Shown here piece after piece: positions 54,452 through 64,000 of a DNA stretch of 64,000 bases (positions within the stretch are counted from its first letter, which is position 1; each line of letters begins with the position of its first letter). Under the pieces are notes generated by a model, which saw only the letters and a list, made by a program, of their open reading frames with translations, was not told where the DNA came from and did not search any database. Source of the stretch: Lingula anatina (taxonomy: Eukaryota; Animalia; Brachiopoda); NCBI GenBank assembly GCA_051362555.1, contig JBPQGU010000016.1, positions 1,736,001-1,800,000 on the forward strand. Reading direction: 5' to 3'. Both the position numbers and the translations under genes were made by a program.

Positions 54452-57400
54452 AGGTGGTGTTGTGTTTCATTTACTTATTGTTATTATTATTATTTACTGG
54501 GTTTTGACACACAATCTTACATGTATTTCTAGCTATTTTGATCGAAAAACGATATGGGCACGTCTGCGACCTCCATCTCCGCCAGGCTCCACCTCCCTTA
54601 TCACACAGTATCTAAACGTGGTCCTTTTCCATCGGCTGTATGTCCTCTTCAAAAAACAGCAAACTATCCTCTCTTGCTTTTTAAAATATCTCTCAATTTT
54701 ATCACATCATATCCATATGCCCAAACGATAGTATATAAGTGAATAGACATTTTATAGCATTAAGATGGGTGAGATAAAAAATTTAAATAAATAAATAAAT
54801 AAATAAATACTCGATTCCACGACACAGCATTCTAAAATAAGCACCAATTTTCAAGCGGCGGAATGTTACACAAAATCAATGCATGAGTTAAACCAAGCAG
54901 TTGTAGAATAGAAGTCCTTGGTTAAGCAAAGAAACCAAACAGTTAAAGCATATTAATGGCCTGTTGGGTATTATAGTTACCCGTGAAAGCCACTGTTTTA
55001 TTTTCCGAAATACGTGAAACGTTCACAGCGTGATCATTGAAGACCCCCATTCCCCTGCCCTGACTTGTAAATGCGGCCTTTATTTTTCGTCCTTATTCAA
55101 ACGAAGGCATTGTTGTTTTAGTCGGAGATTCGTTTCTTTCAACTCGCCACACTTGCACTTTCAATGAGATACGAATTAAGTTTTTATTGCCGGGAATTTG
55201 AACTGTAAACACCCCCCCCCAAAAAAAAAATAATAATAAATAAATAAAAATAAAAATAATAAAAATTAAAAAAAATAATAAATAAATAAAAATGATAATA
55301 ATTGAGACCTCCTTAACTGGTACCAAGTACGGTCAATTTAAGCTGGAAGTGACACACAAGATTGAGCCCAAAAAAACTAACCTTTTGAACAAAGTGGTCT
55401 ATCAGGAATTCTGCATGCACTACACAGTATTTGAAATATAAATATAATGTCTGAGTGGTTGATCACATAACTTGCACACGAATGGTATTAAATTATATGA
55501 AAAGTGAAAATAAAAAAAAAATGATTTAGCAAAATACTTAATATGATAGGTAATATCAAGCAGTGTCAGATTTAGGGTGTGTCAGGGGGTTCCTAACCAT
55601 CCCCCTTCAATTTCTGAAAAAATCACACTAGTGGTCCCTCTTAAAATTATAATTTACGCTAGCTGAACCATTGTTCTAAACCGTACCGTTTGATAACCTT
55701 CGCACATACTAGCATCTATGAAGGAAGACAAATACAAATTGTCTCCAAGTGACACATATAGCGGCTGCAGGTCTGCATGATGAGATTGACGATAGTTTTA
55801 ATCAAAACCGAAAGACGACATGGATCTTTTTTTTTAGTAATAAGTTTTCAAATGAAAGTGTATAAACTTTTCAAGACTACCGGTATGAGACCATATGTCT
55901 ACTGGTGGAGAGAGAGATTATCTTTATTGCACTGGTTTCATTTGATACAAGTACAATGTACAAATGTAGTCCTATGATCTAAGAAAACGAATTAAGTTGT
56001 ATAAGCGGTTCATCGTAACTTTTTTCAATTTAGCGTGAACCCCCAGGGAGTTAGGTCGATCTAGATGGATGATGGATCGATCTAAATCTATGGAAATGCA
56101 CTCTAAGAACCCATTCTCACAGATTTTAGATCGATCTATCCCTGTTGGGAGTCTCACTAGATTACTGCCTGCTAACCGGCTTAAATGGCTGCCCCGGGGT
56201 AATTAACTTCCGTGCGCGGTCGGCTAACAGCAATTTAACGTGAACACCCAGGGAGATTGGTCGATCTAGTTGGATCGATCTAAATATCTGGGAATGCGCT
56301 CTTAGACTAGTAAACTGAGCGAAAAAATTGGCCTAACCCAGGACTAATTGCAAAAATTGTAATGACGTTTTTAAGAAAGCTAAATATCCAAATTTTAACA
56401 TATTAAAAATCTAGAAAAATCTAAGTAGTGGTTCCTAAGGCAGTTTTTTTCAAGATGGCCGCCAATGTATTATGTCACTGTAGGTAAAGGGTGGTCTTTA
56501 TAATTGGGTTTTATAATACCTAATTTTTTAAACAGTTTGTTTTTCAGTAGGGACTTATCGCCAAAAAAGTGTAATGAGGTATTTTAGAAAGCTTAATATC
56601 CAGATTTAAACATATTAAAAATCTTGAAAAATCTAAGTGATAGAAAAAGGTTTTCAAGGCAGCTTTTTCCAAGATGGCCACCATTATATTGTGTCACTGC
56701 AAGTAAATGGTGCCGTCCAATTTAGGTAGTATTTTGCTAAAATAAATGAAGGTAAAACCTTAAAATATACACAAAGTTAAAGAAATGAAATAAAGTTAAA
56801 TTAAAGATGCATAAAAGTCAATTTTTGTCACAAAAACCGACCAAATGCCAGCATATAGTTTCAAGTAGTATAACTAAGAGAATTACCAAAAGGCATTATT
56901 TAATTTTACCCTAAAATGATGTTTGAAAGGATTTTTCTGCCAGCATTCTATGCTGTATGTCAATGGGGCAGAAAAGTAGGTCACAAAAGTAGGTTAAATT
57001 TCCGACCAAAATTTTAAAGAAAGGAGCAGTCTAAAGCTATTTATGGCTGATCGAGTGATCTATTCAGTTTATCCCTTGGCATGTCGAATTTATGTGAGTC
57101 GTATAAGAAAATAGTAGAAGTGGTTTACATGTGTTACTGGGAATCCACGCTCCACTGATGCTCGGTTCGTATGTACCTTTAAAAGGACATATCCACTGAA
57201 ATAAATCTTATATAATATGAATTATTTACCAAGGTTCACTGGTTTAAGTCAAAGGTCAGGCAGCTTAGGCGGACTGGGATGTTGCACAATTAGACAAGCA
57301 ATCGTATAATCAGCCAGGCCAAATGTACTGCTGTTCTATCCAAATAAGTTTGAGTGAACAAATGCATAAACATTTTGGAAACAGAAAACCAGTTTCGTTG

Positions 57401-57904
57401 CTCTAACCCATTCCCAGTTGGCTCTACAAGGCCAAATTAAAAGTTAGTAACTGGGCCAACTAGCCCCGGTCTCCCCTATTGTTCTACGTAGATCAAACTG
57501 GGCGTGAACTCTCCTGAATGCAATCAGATAAACAGAGTAACACGCCTCCTGATGCTGCCAACACCCATATAATCAGCAGCTTTCTGTGTATTCTACTACC
57601 GAAGGGAATGAGCCCTAAGCCTTTTTGAAACTATGACGGATGGCTTTGCAATATTGATATTGGAGCGTTCCACTAGCTTATCCATCCCAAATAGATGTAA
57701 TGTTGTCTATGATCACAACATAAGAGACGCAATAGATCAGAATACCGTCTAAGGGCTTAAGTTCAATATAACAGCTAAAAAATAAAATAACCGAAATGAT
57801 GTTTTTTTTTTAATGATACAACAGCTTTTGAATCGGTCGATATAATTTGGAGATCTTGCTAAGTCGCATTTCAGACTTTATACTTGGATATCATTCCTTT
57901 GCAG

Positions 57905-58715
57905 GCAACAACCACTTCAAGATTATCTGCACGGATTACACCAATTATTTCTTGGTACTTATGTGGGAGGATAAGCAAGGGAGGCGTCAGAGACACGCAA
58001 TTCAGCTTTGGAGTCGCCGTGTTGGCATGGAACCGACTTACGTATACTCGGGAATGAAAACCATTGCCCAGCGACTGTGTAAAACGTTTGAAGGGTTCCG
58101 TTTCAGTGTACACGAGTTAGGTGAATATCTTTGGGTTTAGGCATGTATACTATTTTCCCCGCCATAGTGAGCCGTGAGCATCGGTTTTAATCCTTTAGAT
58201 ATGATTTTTAAATACATTAATTAATCCAATTATTTTTCCCTTCTTTCTTTATTTTTTTTTTTCATTTTCTTTCACTTTTTTCCTTATTCCACTTGACTTG
58301 CGTTGCTGCTGCAGCCACCAGTAGTGTTAAACCTAGACCTTTTGGTTGTCGCTCTTTGCTATTTGCTTACTTTCTTACATTATCTTTGTGTCTTTCCTTT
58401 TTAATTCTTCTTATTATTTTTACTATAACCGTGGAATTTTTTATTGAAATGTTACGTACTCAATTCTATAAGTTAGCGTTTGAACTGAAACTTGTGTAAG
58501 CATTTTTCTGGGAAGTAGTTACATAATAATATATATAATATTTACTGACATTTTAGTCAGGCTAAATTGCTTCTCTGATAGGTTTTGTGTGCTACATGAT
58601 ATTAAACTTATGCGCATTTCATTCATATAGATAGCCAAACATGAGTTCATTTTGAAATATCAGTTTGAATTCTGTTTCAGCCTGTCACCTCCGAGAGCAG
58701 GTAGCCAAGAAATAA
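57905..58715 (+). pseudogene. Lipocalin-like 3' fragment, duplicate copy
   Basis: Exons 57905-58120 and 58681-58715, with G>C (IICTDY) and C>R (GRRQR) changes. Confidence 0.58.
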
Positions 58716-59209
58716 TCTGAAGTGAGCCTCGCCGGCTATTACCCCCCCCCCCCCCCTCCACTGTACGCCATAGCGAGACAGCTTCGAGCATAACGCAAAG
58801 CTTCAGACAAGTCAGTTGAAATACTAACGTTATTTTTTATTCGACTATGAATGCCATTATATAAATTACATTGGTGTATGAAAAAAGATGAGTGTACACC
58901 TTATGCTACAAAAACGATCAACATATTCTGTAAACCGATTAGGTTTCCTTGTTTTTTTCACAATTCCTTTGATTTAATGCTTTGCTCTATCTGCTACACA
59001 GGTGTACTAAAACTACAGAGCAAATAGTGCTATATATTCGGAAGTCCTTTTCAGCTTTACTTTGAAATAAAAACAACTTATTGAAATTATAAGGTATTTT
59101 GGTCATCATTCTGAAGAAAAAAGACCCAATCCCATTTTTGTACACTTTTTACTTCTCAATTAATTTCCGTTATCTAAGAAATAATAACTGCTGTCTTCTA
59201 GAGAGCATT

Positions 59210-59245
<36 letters not shown>

Positions 59246-60681
59246 CAAAAATATCTGCGGCAATCTTAATTTTCTGCAAGTTCAACAAAATACAAGGATC
59301 AGTGGCCCTGTTATGACCAAAAGCAACTAAACGGTAAAATTGAACGCGTTGGGGTTAGTTCCACCTGGGACAAAACCAACACAATATTTTCCGCAGCTGG
59401 CTACCTATCTCAACACCCACTCGGCATCATAGAGCAATAGCTTCGTTAGATACTACCCGGTTATAAGCATATCGAGTTTTGACTAATAAGGTTTTGGAAA
59501 CTATCTTTTTAGATTTTTTCGTAAAATCACTCCCTACTCTTGTATAAATTGATGCCCACCTTAACTGTAAGTCCGCTGGTACAATGGCATGGAACTAAAT
59601 TTCCTTGGACTGAAGGTACGTTTATAACTGCATACAGAGGTCGCATGTGTGTAGATCTAGCAGTAAGCATACTCGGTGTACGTGCCAAACGTTATTAATC
59701 TGATGTGCAGGCCATATGTAATAATATGTTGGTTTACTTGGACGTCACATTAAACTTAAGAGCCCATTTTTTTCTCAAATCATATTCCAAAAGATTAAAT
59801 GCAAAAAGGTGTTGTTTTGCGAGGCTATAAGAGAAATAACCTGGACACACACGTAATTTGTATAGGCTGGCCTAATGCCACCTGATCCTTGCAAATTAAC
59901 TCAGTATTTTGAACTCCACTCTATTTGGACAGGGTCACAATTAGGTCCAATGAATGCGCTGATACAATGTAGTTGCTGTCGTAGGGGGACTGGGATATCC
60001 TAGAATGTGTATGCCAGATACAACTCCCTTGATTAAGGGATATAATTGGCCCACAGGACGGTGTTATTTTGAGACCCAGAACACCCGTATTCCGGAAGTT
60101 GGATGTAACTAAGGTAAGTTATGTTTTAATAATTGTCACCTTGTGTTTACAGCGGAAGTCAAAGGATTTGGTTTGCAGTTTGAGCATCGCTGTATCATTT
60201 GCCAGCTATTAGTTTTAAGCAGATACAGGCAGTCGGTACATACGTCCGCTTTGTAGCTGGCTTAAATTATTAAGCCTAATACCAAAATAGTTTTTTTTTC
60301 CTGCATATAATTATTCTATAATCCATCTGCCTTTGTGCTGATTTTAAACAATGTAAAGGTCCTTGAAAATATAAACTATAGGCGTTTATATTTTTCGTTG
60401 CAAAGTATAAGCATAGGCAATTCAAAGCTACAGTCGTCAGTTCAACACCTTTCTATTTTGAAGTGAAATAGCAATCGTTATGGGGCATAACTTCATCCTT
60501 GAACAAGGTTTTATTTTAAATTCCGGACTTGTCCAGGAGACCATAAACTATAATCCTGTACCGTCATTTTGGTTTAAATGTCTTTGTTATGGAGTCATGA
60601 GCCCCTAACTACAGGTTTTCATTAAACAAAGGTGTTGTTTTGTTTGTTTTTTTTTTTTTTTTTTTTTTTGTTTTTTTTTTT

Positions 60682-60788
60682 TCTGCGCAGAACCTATACC
60701 CTTTCTCATAGCAGCAGACAGATTCAGCTTCCTGCATTACAGCTGCCAGACCCAAAGCAACTAACGCAAAAATGGCAAAGGTATTCAT
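60682..60788 (-). pseudogene. Truncated mytimycin-like copy D' (duplicate of D)
   Basis: Same truncation as D, with a longer A tract. Confidence 0.8.
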
Positions 60789-63531
60789 CTTCTGAAATGT
60801 GAAGTGACAACATGGAGTTGACACAAAGGCAAAAGGAATATCAGAGGACAGTGGAGCTCACATCTCTTCTATCAGCAGCTAAACTAAACTTTTATAGGCA
60901 CTCTGACAGTAAAGACTCGAGAAGTCATACGGTGTTCTCTAAAACCCAAAGTGCAAAAAGACAATCGGCAACGTGGAAAACTATGTAGCCATTTAAGAAA
61001 ATATCTCGGAAAGCATTTTTACCCGAGTAATCCTTGATTACTTGTCTCTCAGTCTCGAAATGATTGAAAAACTTCCCTATTTTGAACTATTAATCCCGTT
61101 TTCAAATACAGCGCAAGCTCCGCCAAGGAATCGTCTTTTGAAGTAGAGTACACATGCACCTGTATTCAGAAGAGATCAAAGCATGTGGAACGGACATCAA
61201 AGTTATGTACTGGTACAGGTATTTCACAATGATTTTACCAAAGTCTAAATTATCATTCACCGACTGGTTCGGCAATGCGTAGAAAGATTATGTATGTTTG
61301 AGACTGATTTTTTCTGTGGAAATTATTTTCGTCAGAAAGACAAATCTTTAAGTTTTACGCATGCGCATTTTTTAAAATCTAGCTTTATCCGGTTGAACGG
61401 AATCATAAGACATGACATTATCGATTCATCAACGAATCAAAGGATTCAGAGGTCTGGTGACTAATTTTTTACTGAAAACCCCCAAAGCTAGGTTTAAAAA
61501 ACGGTGACGGTACTATATTCTGTTGAGTTGCGCCGGTGAAATGGAATATCACAGGGAAATCACAGGGAACATTTAAGGAGCTGATGCACATTTGAACCCT
61601 CGATCAAATTCTTGAGAGAACATCGGTTTTTTGCTAGAAAAGATTTCCAAAGATTGCGTTTGATTACCATTACAGGAAAAACGTACAAACAGAGTGGGCG
61701 AGTCAGTCACAGTGTACTGCCGGAGAGAAAGAGAGGGAGAGAAAGATCATCGTATTTGCACGGATTCCATTTGATACAAGTAGTCCTATGATATACGAGA
61801 ACGATTATGTTTTATGGTAACTTTTAACTTTAACATTTTTTTATTTTCTCACTCTTTTCTCTTAAAATGTATATCAATTATTCATCACGATTCTCCATTC
61901 ATTCTGCATTGTATTCCCGTATACAGTAGATCAAAGTAGTTTCTGTATCAATAGTTGTTAGTACCAGTATTGTAATGTGCGTTTTCATTAACAGATGTTT
62001 GAGACGCTTTCATAATACGGATTTGGAGATGTATGGCTAAAACAGAATCCTCACATAAACTTCCTAAGCATGTTCAGAGAACACACCATCAGTGGGTACA
62101 TACAAAACTCGCACAGTGAGCTTGAGGACAAATCTAAATCCAGAGCCTATTGGCAATTCAAAAATACATTTAAAAAAGAAAAAAATATCCAGACGTTCTT
62201 CATAATACCGATAAAAAAGAAAAAACAATCTAAGTCGTATTCGCATCAGTGGACATAAACTCCACATTGAAATAGGCAGATACACAACACTCCTCGGACC
62301 GACAGAATATGCCATTACTGTTCTAAAGACAAAATAGAAGATGAAAAACACTTTCTCACAACATGCCCCCTATACAACGACCTGCGAACAATATTATATA
62401 AGGTATTTACAAAACACTATACATATTTTGGCCTCAAAACAACTGATGAAAAATTTACTATAATTATGAAATGTCAAGAAGAAGAAACCCTTATTGCATT
62501 TTTTCTCATAGATGCTGGTATATGTCAATGTTATCAAACGGTACGGTACGGTTCAATGATTCAGCCAGCTAAAATTCCAAAGAGGGACCACTGGTGTGAT
62601 TTTTTTCAGAAATTAAAAGGGGGGGTTAGAACCCCCCTGACACCCCCTGAATCTGTCACAGCATAATATTACTTATTATATTTTGTAGTTATAAGTCTTT
62701 TACTAGATTATTTTTTATTTTTACTTTACATGTGATTTAATTCCATTCGTGTGCAAGTTCTGTGAGCAACCACTCAAGCATATTTATATTTCAGATTTTG
62801 AGTATTGTATGCAGAATTACTGATAGACCACTTACTTTAAAAGGTTTTTCTTTTAAGGCTCAATCTCATGTGTCACTTCCGGCTTAAATTGACCGGACTT
62901 GGTACATGTAGCATTTTAGGAGGTCCCATAACTTGTGTGTGTGTGTGTGTGTGTGTGTGTGGGGGGGGGGGGGGGTAACAGTTCACTGAAAATAAAATCA
63001 TTAAATCCTAGTAAATAAAACTTTATTGGTATCTTATTCAAAATGCGAGTCTGGCGAGTTGAAAGTAACGGATCACCGAGTACAACAACAATGACTTCGT
63101 TTCAGGAAGAAAGGGGAATAAAAGGCTGCATTTACGAGTCAGGACAGGGGAATGGGGGGGGGCTTCACGGATAACGTGAACGTTTCAAGTATTTCGGGAA
63201 AATAAAAAGTGGCTTTCCCGGGTATAGAAAATACCCAGTGGGACCCTTGATTTAGTTCGTTTGTACTGGCTAATATGTGTTAAAACAAAGCTAAATAGGC
63301 ATTTCAACTGAAAGGTACACAAATGAGGATTTTCGTGCCAAAATCATATTTAAGGAGGTAAACGAAAGACAACGACACTGTTGCTATGCTATCTGAATTT
63401 CATATAAACAGCAATATCGTTTTACATAATTTCAAAGAATTTCGAAAGTTAATTTCTTGGGAAATATCGATTCAGTAAAGGGTGGAAAAAGTGCTGCGCT
63501 CTGCATCCTCGTATATCAAAGCTACTGCAGA

Positions 63532-63637
63532 TCAGGATCGAACTCCAAACACGGCGTCCTTGGCGGCCCTTTTCCCGTTCGTGCAAGTACAGGTGACGTC
63601 ATATTTTTCCGTCAAGAACCACCCACTCGTTTTTACA
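63532..63637 (-). CDS. Last exon of copy E' with a 41-bp deletion of the EF-hand loop (other exons beyond the window)
   Basis: Reads (x)VKTSGWFLTEKYDVTCTCTNGKRAAKDAVFGVRS*. Relative to E, the bases equivalent to 31390-31430 are missing. Confidence 0.75.
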
Positions 63638-64000
63638 CTGAACAAATAATGTAAACATCTTCTTGAATTCTTGTGAACATATTACTTTTTAGATATCTAC
63701 CATATACCTGCTCAGCGATGACCTTATTATAAATATATATTTTTTGACTGGGTTCCCATGCATAGATCGATCCAGATGTACTGTAACTCCCTGGATAGTC
63801 TCACTAAATGGCTATCAAATAACCGGCTTAAATGTCTGCCACGCCTACCGAATCAGCTAGGTTGTAAAGACAATTACCCCCTGACATCTTTATTAGATGT
63901 GACAGACATTTAAGCCAACCAAATTGACAGCAATTAAGTGAGACTCCCCAGGGAGATAGATCGATCCAAATATCTGTGGGAATGGTCCCTTTGTCATTAT

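Larger units (their letters stand above)
34420..64000 (+). repeat. Segmental duplication unit 2 (runs off the window)
   Basis: Same gene and TE order as unit 1. Confidence 0.92.

Overview
AT-rich eukaryotic (animal, probably bivalve-mollusc) genomic DNA with no prokaryotic features. The window is a dynamic tandem cluster of spliced genes that the ORF track shows only as fragments. Each gene has a non-coding exon 1 and three coding exons, which I assembled by hand from GT-AG sites. They encode ~120-aa secreted precursors: a 23-aa signal peptide, a ~66-aa mature peptide with 12 Cys (CC-x7-C-x2-C...YC-x4-CN[I/L]FGCxC...CxC), a G-K-R processing site and a short acidic propeptide with one EF-hand. 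This is the architecture of the Mytilus antifungal peptide mytimycin (CNIFGC core shared with the Diedel family), but with a much shorter C-terminal extension. Copies: C (+, 19305-21565), C' (+, 51453-53716) and E (-, 31364-33552) are intact with promoter. B (-, 10575-12584) and B' (-, 40883-42905) have full ORFs but lack promoter and exon 1. A/A' (-, 1546-2924) has a duplicated 5' module and its last exon lies outside the window. D/D' are truncated, there are two orphan last exons, and E' has lost its EF-hand loop. About 3.75-31.9 kb recurs as about 34.4-64 kb, a ~30-32 kb near-identical duplication (or duplicated haplotig). The two units differ by a piggyBac-type insertion, a LINE insertion and a 1.8-kb deletion. 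Also present: a 3' fragment of a lipocalin-like gene, a Tc1/mariner remnant, a solo LTR, nested Harbinger-type MITEs and microsatellites.
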